A stretch of DNA of 64,000 nucleotides from Raillietiella orientalis (taxonomy: Eukaryota). A program made the position numbers and the translations under genes. Position 1 is the first letter of the stretch. Every line of letters starts with the position of its first letter. Below are positions 52,261 to 64,000 of this stretch, piece after piece. The DNA lies in contig JAYWIR010000006.1 in assembly GCA_036172245.1 (NCBI GenBank), positions 2,728,001-2,792,000 on the forward strand, in the 5' to 3' direction. The notes under the pieces were generated by a model. The model saw nothing but the letters and a program-made list of their open reading frames with translations, was not told the origin of the DNA and searched no databases.

Positions 52261-53009
52261 CTACAGCGCTGGGGCGAGCTGCTCGCTATCTTTCGGGAAG
52301 ACCTGGAGTGACCCCCAAAAGGGCTCACGAAAATTAGCGCCCTCCCTTTGAATTGTCAGGAGTCGGCACTTCTTCTGTTGCACTGGGATCTCCCCTGCAA
52401 CGCACGACGACACCACTGGATGCCGGGGAAGATGGGCCTGGACTGTCACAGATGGGGGGAACGGGAATCTCACCCACACCTGCTAGTGGACTGCGTTTCC
52501 CTCCGGACCCTGAGAGAACATTTTGTAACGACCCTCCGGTTTCCTCAACGGCTCTTCTTCGTGAGGGACAACCTGCAACCAACTGTAGCCCCATCAGCGC
52601 TCTGCTGCATTCGCGGGATTGTGGAGGCCTGGAGTGAAGCCTACAGAGGAAGAAACGAGAGGGACGCCGTCCAGTTCGCGGTTCGCTTTTGCGGATAACA
52701 GTCAGATGGTCCCACCTGGGACCTATTCAGGAGGACCTTGCTGGCATCCTGAAAAAGGATGCAGACTCCCTCGAGTGGAAAGTGATCCCTTCCCTACCCT
52801 TCCAAAGATTTTTATTTATTTTTATTTACTCTTTTCTTTTCCCTTTGTTCTATCCCATCCCCCTCTGCTGCCGAGATCCCCTGCCTGTCACCGATGACCC
52901 GGCAGCTCCGTGGGCAAACTGATTGTGGTGGAACCACGTGTATCCTACCACAATTTACGAGTTTATTTTGAATTTTAATGAACGTCCCGGCGTATCCGGG
53001 TGAAAATTT
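52261..53009 (+). mobile_element. 5'-truncated LINE inserted in SINE
   Basis: QESALLLLHWDLPCNARRHHW..DCHRWGERESHPHLLVDC..RWSHLG. Terminal CCCGG-CGTAT-CCGGG-TGAAAA. Flanked by GAGAAGAAA at 52252-52260 and 53010-53018. Confidence 0.87.
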
Positions 53010-53310
53010 GAGAAGAAATGAGGAGTGACTCCCCCCTGGGTGCTCCTCCAGAAAGAATGAGGAAGAGGTTCCATTCGGGGTTCCCTCCTAAGCGTGGGAG
53101 GAGACCCCTCCAGGAAGACTTTCTTCGAAGCCTTCCTGGATTCAAAACCTAGTCTATGGGGTTACCTCCTATAGCTGGAAGAGTGACACGCACACTCGGG
53201 TGTCGCAGACAGCGTTGAAGAGTTCCTTGAGCTCCCCTTAATGGAGATGAACGGTTCCTCAGAAACTTGCAAATTTAAAAAGGATCCAAAAAAAAGGAAG
53301 AAAAGTCTGG
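53010..53310 (+). mobile_element. SINE-like repeat, 3' half
   Basis: AGAATGAGGAAGAGGTT, CCCTCCTAAGCGTG, CAGCGTTGAAGAG and an A-rich end match the 3' halves of the other copies. Confidence 0.75.
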
Positions 53311-56184
53311 AAGGAAAGCAGTGAACTCAAAGGGACTTCATAAAGAAAGGGCACACGTAGAATGCCAGTCGGACGTCCCAGAGTGTGGCTGTAGAGACTC
53401 CGAGTTCCAAGAGCAGAATGACCTTACCTTGTCCTTTTTTTTTTTTTTCTTTTATTTTGGAGCTCCCGGAATTTTGTTGCTCTTCTGAAGATCGTTGAGG
53501 GACCGAAGTCCGGCTCGCGAAGAAGCGGGGAAGCCTCCGGTGGTAGTTGGGAAGGATATCCCCCGAATGAGAACCCTAAATAGGTAATGATGCCCTTCAG
53601 ACGCCGACTTATCTGTTCCCAAGGAAATTAATTCGATTTATTGCAATGAATTATTCCTGACTCCAAAAGTCGCCGCGTTTCCCAACCCGCCCAGAAGAGG
53701 TGCCTTCTACTTGCTCGCAATGGGAAAATGAACGAAGGTAATGATCATCTTTCTTTTCTTTTATTCATTGTACTGAAATGTATCTGAGAAACGCTCATGA
53801 GAAACATGAACTGATGCTAGATAATCTTCTGTATTGCAAAGGCATTCCATCATCTCTTAATGCAAACAGAAATCAAACAATCGGCTCAAGAGACCCAAGC
53901 GGAAAATAAATTGAATCTCTCCGTGGGAACTCCCAGGAAGATGATGGAAAAACTACTGCGAGAATTAGGACTTTTTTTCGCAGTAACTAAACTTCGAGGG
54001 ACCTAAAATATCATCCAGGGAATTCTCATCCACGGAAAGAGTGAAAGTAACACGAGTTCATAACAGTTCCCTGTTCTTCCTAGGGCCGCAGTTCGCTTCA
54101 GTTTCCGCATATTGATTGATCGTAATGAAGAGCATGATTTCCCCGGTGCGCCCATGCTAAGTAGTAGGACTTTATTCCACTTTCAAGTCTGCTCGAGCGT
54201 ATGGATCGGATCGCTCATAATGATGAAACAGTGGCCGTTTGCTTGCCTGCCATCTTTGCCGTCTCGAAGCCGGGACCTCGGAACGTCCCGAAAATCCACT
54301 GCATCCCCTGCGAAAACGGGTCTCCTGTTCTGCCATTCCAGCAGGATCTCCCCGAGCCATGCTCGGCTGGTCTGAAAAATAAAGCTCAAAAATAGAACAC
54401 TCGTGTCTCCTCGAGTGGAACTTTAGATTTTTCTAACTTTGCACGTTTGCGATTTCGCAGAAATCGCTGGAGCGCTCTCTGATCTTCCTCGTAGGTTGCC
54501 CTAGCTACGGTTTCTAGGAATGATCCACGTGAGACACTTATAAAAATGCCATTTCATTAAGCGCGTTTTCCCGGGACAGACTGAGATCTTCGAATCACAG
54601 GCAAGTGGACTGTGGAACAGACATTACGAAGAAACCTCCAGCGTCCCTGTTTTCCCCGTTTTCTCGCTCGCCCCTTCCTAAGATTTCCGATGGCGCTTCC
54701 AGATGACCCGTCCTTGTTCGCATCGGCACATCGGCATCTGCTGGAATAGCACGTCATCAGCAAGAATGATTGATGATGAACGCCAATCACTCTCGACGGC
54801 GATTGACCGTTGACCAACCGGCGACGTTCCACGGATGATCGATTTTGTGACCTGCTTCCGTCAGATTGGCCGCACGCCGATCCCAAGACGCAGTCCAGTG
54901 GTGATTCCGTGCTTTCCTAAACCCACGACTCCGTCCCTGTTGATCGTGTTCCGGGAACTGCGACAGGAATGGACAGATATGCGGGCGACTGGAAGTGCAC
55001 TTTGCTGGCGTTACTTCGGACGAGGGACCCTTGCGATGCGTCAGCAAAGATGTGGCTGCGAAAGAAGTTCCAGTTCCAGTGTTACAGCGCCGGTCATCGG
55101 GAGGTCATTCGCTGCCCGCAAACGCGCATGCGTTCTTTTTGCTCACATTTCTCGAAGAGTGCTCGACCTCTTGCTCACTGCTGCACAAGGCACAAAACCA
55201 CGAACGAAACAAGTGCAGGGAGCAATACCGTTCGTTAATGAGCTGGAAATAAGTGCACTCATTTCTGAGGCACAAGTTCTTTTCAGAGCCTCTCCCTTCA
55301 CATAGTGAAGAAGAGAAACATGCGTGTTTGATGGGATCACTCTGGAAATCAGCTTGACAGCTTCACCCCAAGTGGCTTCGAATGGGGATTATGTACGGGG
55401 AGGAGGATATTCGGCATCCTCCATGAGATCACATTTGCATGCTCTGGTGGGAAGGGAAGCTGCTTGTCTGCGGATCAGTTTCGATAAACTTCGGAAGCTG
55501 GAAGAGGAGACCGAAAGATCGATGACGTGAGCAAATCCGCTTCGCTAACTCCAATTCAACGTCAGTGGAACGGGCAGATCCACGGCAAGGGGGAGTGGTC
55601 TTCAGCGGTGGTCACCTAGAGCCGACGGCCGGAATGTGGCTTACTTCGAGAACCGCAGCCTCTTCAGAAGGGGAAGAATAAGGAATTAGATTCGTCAAGG
55701 AGGTCAGCAATTCCTTGCTCGCCCTCTTAGCGACTCTGTAAACAACAAATGTTTACATGTATGTGGATGCGGGAAAAGTGGTCCTAAGTAGTTTGCTCTG
55801 TTCTCAAAAAATTAAAAAAAAAAAAAATGATTTCCTTGCGATGAGACCTCAGAGTGTGCAACTGTCTTTGCTTCTAAGTATGATCCATGCCAGATGCTTC
55901 CGGACTTGCAATGCCGAAAGAGCCATCGATCTCGGAGGACAGGAGATACCAGTGAATCACAAAAGTGCACAGAACGTTCACTAGAAGGATGAGGTGTATG
56001 AACGTTCGTATCCTGGAAACGACATGTGATAGCAGCACCCCGGGAGAGATGCTCTCAGGCACGTGCCCTCTTTGCGAATTCCCAAAGTTTCGAATTAGAT
56101 GATTCAGTGTAAATAAGTGAGGAGCACATAGGAATCGTGGAAAGAGGACCATGGGAACGAATGCTGGAGGACCCCCTGATGATT

Positions 56185-56900
56185 GACACCCGGTCATGCC
56201 GGAAAACTTATGTTTATTTTATAAATAAGGCAGGACTGTGGCAGGACGTTTGATTCTGCCACGTTCGTTATAAGTACGAGAAGAACTACCAGAAGGAACC
56301 TGCCGGGAATTGGAGCGCAGGCCAGCGGGCTTCGCCTCGGCAACACAAGGAAAAAGAAAAACATAAAACAAAAAACGTGCAGTCAAAAAAATGGGGAGGG
56401 GGTTTGGGAAGGGATCAATGTGTGCTGGAGGGTGTCCTTGGAAGGATGCTCACAAGTTCCTGTTTCAAGATGGGGGCATCTTGACGCTGTCTTCATGAAG
56501 AGGATAACAAAATAGATGGCGCCCTTGTCGTTCGGGTCTCCTCTAGGGTAGTTCCATGCAGCCACGATGCCGCCGCGTGGGCAGCAAAGTGCTGCTAGAG
56601 CTGTGGCCGGAGTGAGGGCGTTGCGCAGGAAGAAGCGCTTCAAAACCTCTCTGGCGTTGCCGCCGGGGGCTCCAATGGTCGCAGTAAAGCGTCCCCAAAG
56701 GGGTCACAGTCCACTAGGAGGTGCGAGAGAGATTGCCGCTGCCTGCGCCTTGGGCAGTTCGGATCCACCCCTCTCCCCCGTGTCTAATGATACCGGGGGC
56801 CGTTTCACGCGAGGTCTCAGTGCAGCAGCATTACTGCCGACTCCTGTCGGGTTCTCTTCTTCTGAGTCAGAGTTGATGGCCTAGCTGGTGGAGGAGCGTT
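56185..56900 (-). mobile_element. LINE 3' fragment, same family
   Basis: LKRFFLRNALTPATALAALCC..GIV...SRCPHL. U-rich UTR and terminal TCCGG-CATGA-CCGGG-TG at 56189-56203. Confidence 0.78.
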
Positions 56901-57299
56901 TCCCTCAGAGTAGGGTCCGTTCTTTGCACGATTCCTTGCAGACTACTGTGCAGCGCGCTGTAGGCATCTGGTGCACCAGGTTTCGACTCTTGACTCACCC
57001 AGCTGTTGTGTGTTTTAGGCATAAAATCTGCATTTCCTAAAAAATATTCAGACGTTCAGACTCGATTTGTGAAGCTGCAAGGGCCGAAGCCTCACTCATT
57101 CCGAGCTTTAGTGGTTCATCTGCGAGCTCTTCGACCACTCACCCACTCACCAGGTGATTCACCTAACCAGAATTTGCTAGTGAAGACCGAATTACGGATT
57201 TACGGATCCATCATAGTGGTCCACAAGTGATAAGATCAAAATGTGTCAGGTGCTTTGAGCTCCTAGGAAGATGTTCTCAAATTTGCATCGAAAAACCAT

Positions 57300-58862
57300 G
57301 AAGCATTCTCTCTGCTTCATAGGTATCTTCTTGAAAACTCATCATCGACCTCTTGCTCGCAGACTGCGATGCTTTGGACCTTTCCCTTGCACACCACTTG
57401 AATGTGTCACGTCATGAAGCCGAAGAGAAAATCTCCCTGGAATTGGTTCCTCATCGTAAAAGATGGAAGAGAAAGTTGAGGACAGACTCCTTGCAAAATG
57501 TATGGAAGCGCTGAAATTGCGTGTTCATATTTGGGGAATTTTGAAGAGAAGATTTTGCCACTTCTTACGGGATGCCTGGCACGTCCGAGTAGCCTGGACA
57601 TGAACAGTCGACGGTACTGTATTGCTGCAAAACTTGCAGACGACATTCCTCAGGAGATGAGTGAAAGCAAAAGTTTGTTTCACATGTGATACCTTACCTG
57701 TGGAAAACCAACACAACACCTTCAGCGAGGAAATGGGTGGGAAGGATGGAATCTTTGATGCAATCACGAGAAAGGCATTTCTGATACCATTCCACCGTCC
57801 TGATGGAAACCTTCATTTCTTCCTGCAGCATGAATTTAATGATGCGAAGACCGAATCCATCACAGTTGCCTCAATAGTCGTTGCTCAGCTCCTGTAATCT
57901 CGCTTAAGAAACTGTTATTCCGGATAAACTTTGCAATTTCCATTTATAAACTCATCATTTTCCAAGGAAACCTTCCTACTCGGGAAGCCGAAAAAAATGG
58001 TATCGTCTCCATTACTGCTGCTACTCTGAGGTTCCTCCAATTTAATGTATATGCTGAAGGATCAAAAACTTTCCTTCAGCGAATGACGGAACGTCGGTTT
58101 CAGAAATTGTTTTCAACCAGAGCATGAGCTGTCTCAACGCTCAACGATTAGGGATAGTTCTTCTGTAGTTCAAGTTCGGTGTGTTACGAAAGCCTTGGGA
58201 ATCACTAGGGACCGGAAACTTTGTCGACCTAGACTACGAAGTGATCTGCACAGAACTACTGCGTTGGCTATATCTCGATCCCAAGTACACATTGATGGTG
58301 CGTCTTCCCTATCTCTTAGAAACGAACCCCGAATTCCAGAATGGAAAATTGATGGAGTAGATGGTTCCTGGCCATGTGCGCACTGCCCGGGTCGAATGCT
58401 GAGCCCTATCGTCCTTTCAGAAATAGATGAGGAAACATTTGGAAATCACAATGGTGCCATTGTCACGAGCTGATGTCAGTTGCCGGCGCATTACTTTTTT
58501 GAGCGTGCGTAACTGCTATTGATTAAGGAGCCTTTTTCCAGTTTAAATGAAAAGGAGGAATATTTTTTTCAACGTCATTATATCGTGTGAGGCTGCTCCC
58601 TGGAGAGCACATCGCCATAGTAACTGGTAGTGTGCTGCCAATCATTACGCCACCTTTTGAGAAAGTGACTGAAAATTAAGACCCCAATCACCGAACCGAT
58701 CTTCTAAAATGAGATGGAGAAAGCTACGCTTTCTTCATCTCATGTCGATTCATCTGTAGCAGCTTTCTCAGACAAGGTTGACGCTTAGCGCAGTAAGTGA
58801 TTTTCGGAACGCAACTGGAAACCAACCTCACGCGCACACGCTCAGAGAAGCACCGAGGTCGA
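57300..58862 (+). mobile_element. LINE RT relic (host of nested insertion; probably continues 59696-~60000)
   Basis: LRTDSLQNV (RPISLxN), KDGIFDAITRKAFL (D..KAFD.V...FL) and VYAE at ~58047 (YADD), in order. Confidence 0.6.
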
Positions 58863-59681
58863 TTTTCACCCGGATTTCGCCGGGTCGTGTATTTAAAAAT
58901 AAACTTTACAAAAAGATCTCAGTGGCTGCAGCAATGATCCAGCCACGCACTAAGAACCACGGAGCCTGCCGGGTCACCGGTTCGCAGACCGGTACGGTCC
59001 ACCAAGGCAGCAGGGGGAAGGGGGAAAAACAAAAAACTAAACAAAAAAGAAAAAAAAAACGAGTGGGAGGGTATGGAAAGAGATCACTGTTGCTGCTGGG
59101 GCCGCATCATCCTTCTCAGGATGCCGGCAAGCGCTTCCTGCATTTGCGGATCCAGGTGGGGCCATCGCGACGCCCTCCTCAGGAATTGGGAGGCGCATGG
59201 ATGGCATCCTTATCGCGTGGTCCTCCCGTAGCCGTGCTTTATTCGATCCCGCGAAGGCAGCACAAGGCTGCTATCGAGGCCGCTGGCCGAAGGGCTTCGG
59301 CAACAAAGAGGGCTTTTAATGCGTCCCTGGGGTTGCCGCAGGGGATACCGATGGCAGCAGCAAAGCGGAACCAAACGGGCCGAAGGGCAACACAATCCAC
59401 TAGGAGGTGAGGGAGGGACTCCCTTTCCCCACACCTTACACAGTTGGGGTCGACCGCTCCCCAGGTCCAGTGGTGTCGGCAGGAGTTGCAAGGGAGTCCC
59501 CAATACTGCAACAGTAGAGCCGACTCCTGCCATTTTGAGGGGAGGGTGGAAGTGTTCATGAGCACCGGGGGCCACTTCAGATGTTCAATCGGAACATCGA
59601 GCAGCGCGCCCCAGCGCAGAAGTCCATTGGGAGGCGTACTCGGGGTCGCAGCGTCTGTTAACTGGCCCGTCTTCCACTTCC
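58863..59681 (-). mobile_element. 5'-truncated L1/Tx1-like LINE with perfect 14-bp TSD
   Basis: AGCACCGAGGTCGA at 58849-58862 and 59682-59695. Encodes LPCNSCRHHW..PNCVRCGERESLPHLLVDC and ends ACCCGG-CGAAAT-CCGGGT-GAAAA. Confidence 0.93.
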
Positions 59682-60149
59682 AGCACCGAGGTCGAGTGCA
59701 TCTTTAGCATGTCCCTAAGTGAGCTTACCTGAAGGAATCGGCATTACTTGAGCAGAGAATGTTGCTGGAAAGAGCTACCGACGCAGCTTCCTTGTTTCGA
59801 CCTCCTGAAGGAGAACGCGGACGTAGCTGACTCGCCGCGGACTCGTTGAGACCTTTGGACGCAAAAGCAGAAGCAGCCCCAGATAGAGTGCTGCTTATTG
59901 CGATTCCGAGTAGACTCCGATGGCTCGTTAACGAGCAAGTGGATGCCTCGTTCGCAAATACACACAGTAGTTGTGGAATCTGATTCATAGATGTCGCACG
60001 GGTGCCTTCGCGATCGTGTCACTCAGGACAATCAGGGTTACTGTCCACCCACCCAGCCTCTCACTTGCTTTGGCCCACGAAGGAATTCATCTCACGACTC
60101 TAGCATTGTATATTGAGTCCCTTTAATCAACTCAGCTAACAAGCCGACC

Positions 60150-61100
60150 TACAGCGTGAGAGGTGAACTGTTGGGTCGTCAGGGTCACCAAACCCATCGA
60201 GCAATGGGAGACGCCTCGGCTGGCGAAAGCAGCCGTTCCAAAAGACCTGGACGAGGGCCTACGAAGGAGAATCGAATTCTTCGGCATTCCCAGAGGAAGA
60301 TCCAGGATCTCGTCTTTCCTATTCGCTGCAAGAGAACCTCCATCTTGTCGGACCCGTGGGCACCGGGATCTTCCTCAAACGCCACTCTTCTTCTGTCAGG
60401 AGCGCACCCACCTCCGGGATAGAGGGTGCAATGCCGCACATGCTTCTTGGACGCGGGCGGCTGGGTCAGGAATGCGAGCATTCCGCTTCCCAGTGCTTCC
60501 AACTAGGGACCTCCATCGAGGGGCGTCTACTTCTCCAAAGCCAGCAGCTTCCTCCTGTCCGGTGATTCCGCAGCGTGCGAGCAGCGGTGACCTTCATGAT
60601 AGAGGAAGGAAGGGCGTGACCGTCGTCCCGGAGGGCCACTTGCGACTGCCTGCATGCGAAGAGCAGGGGAACGACGAGGGAGCCTTTCACTTACATCTTT
60701 TCATCATCCTGCGTGGGGCCTCGGGAGCGACGCTCACTGCCGTGAGGTCGGTCCATCCCAATCTCCGATTATTGGTTTCCTAGTTGGTCCTCTGCCCTCT
60801 CCCTCTACTCCTCTCAGGTTTTACCTCCGGCGAGGGTGGTCCCTTCCGTTCCTGGCTGGCCCATGTCCGCCCCGACAACGCAGCGATGCGGGATGAGAAG
60901 ACCAGCCACCTGCATCCTTTGCGAGATTCGCATGACCTTCCAGGCAGACACGGTTCCGCAGTCTTGGATCCCTACCTCCCTCATTAGCGGTCCTTCCTGC
61001 GGCTGCCGCATCTCAGTCTCGAGTGCGCTTTCACTTCAGCACGGCTCCCTTGGGGAAGAGCGTACTGTGAATTGGCCTAAGGGAACAGTCTCCCGTCCAT
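60150..61100 (+). mobile_element. LINE ORF1 relic
   Basis: IEFFGIP..KIQDLVF parallels GMRPEDVPVL of the 1800-3700 copy. QRCG....TCILC is knuckle-like. Confidence 0.4.
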
Positions 61101-62449
61101 CGGTGAGTCAGCTGGGGTGCCTCTTTGCTTCCCGATCCCAGATCAGCTTTTGACTGGAGAACCCCTAAGGGACAGATCTCTGAGGTGGGAAGGTCATCCT
61201 GAGCTTTCGGAAGCGGATGCAGGCGTGATCCATTGCGCAGCGGCTCCTAACCGGGCTACCGGCGCTTCCCGCTCATGTCTTCTCTGGGTTGGGATTGGAC
61301 TTGCTCGAGTTACCTGCAGGTAGGTGCCCCTCAGATCCTGTCAATCTGGGAGGAGTCGCAGATTCTAAGTTCGAATCAAGCTGGGGACCGAAAGCAGCAA
61401 CCGGAGGGAAGGAGGAAAAGAGAGCGATCTCCCTCCACGAGAGATGCGATCCGCATTGGTGATGACATGCCTCGTTAGACAAGCGCAAAGAAGAAACGGA
61501 GCTCTTTCCGTCTCTTTGGCAGGCGGGCGTTGGCGACGAGACTTCACGCCCCTGGCTTTTTCGCGCCCGCCATTCCCTACCTTGAATCGTCACATTGGAA
61601 ACCGGGACGCTACGAACGTCTGCTTCAGTACAAATACATGAGAAAGAAAGCCCGGCTTCACATCCGTCATTCTTCTCGACTTGACGAGAAGCGACCCTGA
61701 GGTGATGCGGGCAAAAATCCCAAGGAAATCCCAGATCATTTCGCCATTTCTGTTTTTCCTTCTTTGTTTTCCGAAGGAGTCTGGCGAGAAGTGAAAAATG
61801 GCCAGCAGGTTCGATCGGTGCCGATGTTAATCAAATTCCATAATGGGATCCAGAGGATGGAGTTGAGGGCCTCCTAATCCACGTCGGCCGGACCATTTAT
61901 TTGGAATGAATAAATAAAAGAATGCTGACAGCTGCAGAACCCATGTGAACGACTCGGCGATGGCATTTGTCGGGTGATCTTCGACAGGTGCCTTCAGTGG
62001 TTTGGCGCACAAAGGCATGTGAACTTGCCTGAGCCCCCTACTGCCCTCGTTTCAACCATGGCGCCGTTTGTCTACTGGGGAAAGAAACTCCCTGCCTCTA
62101 GCGAAGTCCTCGATGACACAAGCTCTAATTCAGAATTCATGTGGATTCCAGAGCGCTGCCATCCCAGACTGGCGCTCCATCTATTAGAAACTAAATGAAA
62201 CTGGAAATAGGGGAGGGTCCGAAATGCACTGACCCGAAGCAAAAGGGCCCCAAGCTTATCAGGGACTTGACTGGTGAGGGAATGGGGAATGAGCATGGAA
62301 GACCGATGAATGCATAAATGAAGTAAGATGGACCGTGTATTTTTCCCGTGTGCACGCAGTGGAGCAGCGGCCGCACTTGGACGGGCGAGGAAAGAGAAAA
62401 CATGAAGTGTGAAGCGAATGAGGTAAGAAAAAAACGAAAGGGACGCCGT

Positions 62450-64000
62450 TTCGCGGTCGTGACCTCTCCGTCAGAGTCAGGAAAGGCCACTGGCTTTCCG
62501 GGAACGGTCCAGCTCTCCCTCTTCTCCTTGAGCGACCTTTGCAGGAAGTGGGAGGTTCTTCATCGGCAGATCGCTGAACTAGGTGCACGACTTCCGCCAC
62601 CACGTGCTGATGGTTAGGTACTCCTTGTTCTTCCTGCACGAAGAGCTCAGCAAGCTAGCGGCTCTCATAACGGAGTAGATCGTGATCGGCTTTGTCTTCG
62701 ACCTCCAGAAGTCGCAAGTCATGATAATGCCAGAGGCAAGGATTTCTCCCAATGTAGGAGGAGACCAGCGAGCACTGCCCTCTCGGCTTCGAGAGAACGA
62801 AAGGGGCGCTGAAAGGGCCTCTAAGAAGAGCCCCTAGCAAACACGAGGAGGAGATGAAATTGAAGAAGCTGAACTCTCGCCTCCCGCTCAGTTACGATCC
62901 GGACCAAACAGTTGGAGGCAAGAGATGGAAAGGCAGAAGATGGAGCAAGTCAGGATTCAACTTCATATGTCTACCAACTGTTTCGACATTCCGACCAGAG
63001 ATCTTCTGACCTCGCACACTCCTTCCCTCTCTGCTTGCCGAGGATACGAAAAAGCAGCTAGTGGCTACCTCGACTCTACTCATGGCACGAAGTGGTCTGG
63101 AAGTCAGGCCGCGGGCCACCCTCTGTGGGTGTCACTCCGCCGCGAGGTGAAACCCGGGCAAAGGAATGCACCCTGTGGAAGGCATTTCCGTGCTTCAGGA
63201 AGAAAGAAAAGGAGCTGGGCGAGGGTCTCCCGCCCAAGGGAACCGGAGACCCCGGTAGGGCAGACAGCTGGCTGCTTTAGAGAGTGGACTCAAGGATCGG
63301 AGTGGCGTCTGGACGGGCGTTCCTGAGCGCTTGCACAAAGGACCGAGCAGGGGTGACTGGCAGGACATTCGCCGGGATCCCCAAAGTTTTCGCCGTTATC
63401 CCCCGCGCTCCATCGGAAGTTCCCTTCGAGGAACAGAACGCTCCGATCCCGCTGCAAGTCTCTTGGTCAGCCCTGCAGAGCCCGTTTTGCTTGAAGCTGT
63501 TCCATTTGGATGCTGATCCCCCTTTCGAAGGACACCCGGCAATTTAGACTGGATCTTCCCGATTAAGAAATGTCTGAAGGTGGCGCGTGGCGGCTGGGGG
63601 CTGCTTGCCCATGCTGAAGCCTCCCGTCTGAAATAATCGATGACGCAGGAACCCACCTTAGATTGCTGCGTTCCGGCGCCGTCTCACGTCGGGAGCTGCA
63701 GGGGTCCTCCAGCTCAGCTTCCGCGAGGAGTGACACTTCCCGTCCAGGTAATGGCCTTTCGCTGATCTGCTTCCTGCGAAACTCCTCCTGTGCCTCTGCA
63801 ACGGCGCCGCAGGGACTCTCCGAGTTTTCCGATTTGCTTCTTCCGCTGTCGTTGCTGAGTCGCCTCGCCGCCAGACGGAGGAGAAGCCGGGATGGATCCG
63901 CATCTCCTCCGTCGCTTCCCGGTGAATCGGCTCAGCCGCGCGCATCCTGGACGCCGTGCGTTCGGTGGGTTACATCATCGGCGTCGTTCGATCTCATTTG
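62450..64000 (-). mobile_element. Probable LINE 5' region/ORF1 relic
   Basis: GC-rich decayed coding-like sequence with GSCVID, resembling the N-terminal Cys-hydrophobic strand of the other ORF1 relics. Weak. Confidence 0.3.

Noticed and set aside
1..64000. CRISPR array, prokaryotic operons or defence systems
   Set aside because: There is no repeat-spacer periodicity and no dense intact ORFs. Microsatellites and LINE/SINE content indicate eukaryotic DNA.
1..64000. Uni-strand (flamenco-like) piRNA cluster
   Set aside because: TE fragments occur in both orientations without an evident strong bias. This cannot be supported without small-RNA data.

Overview
This is GC-balanced eukaryotic genomic DNA made up almost entirely of old, frameshifted non-LTR retrotransposon debris. 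I find roughly 35 fragments of L1/Tx1-like LINEs on both strands: ORF1 RRM and zinc-knuckle relics, AP-endonuclease, RT and C-terminal CCHC zinc-binding relics. None is intact. There are also at least five copies of a ~650-750 bp tRNA-headed SINE-like repeat, plus microsatellite and low-complexity tracts. I see no intact protein gene, rRNA, functional tRNA or CRISPR array; the only host-gene hint is a 58-nt candidate signal-peptide exon at 10365-10422 (-). The best-supported notable signals are: (i) the commonest LINE family ends not in poly(A) but in a conserved, apparently co-varying 3'-terminal stem-loop, seen in six copies, and its end is fixed by a perfect 14-bp target-site duplication at 58849-58862/59682-59695; (ii) one SINE copy is split by such a LINE with a 9-bp duplication. 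All protein-family calls are by-eye motif matches in decayed frames. Boundaries are approximate unless a TSD is cited.
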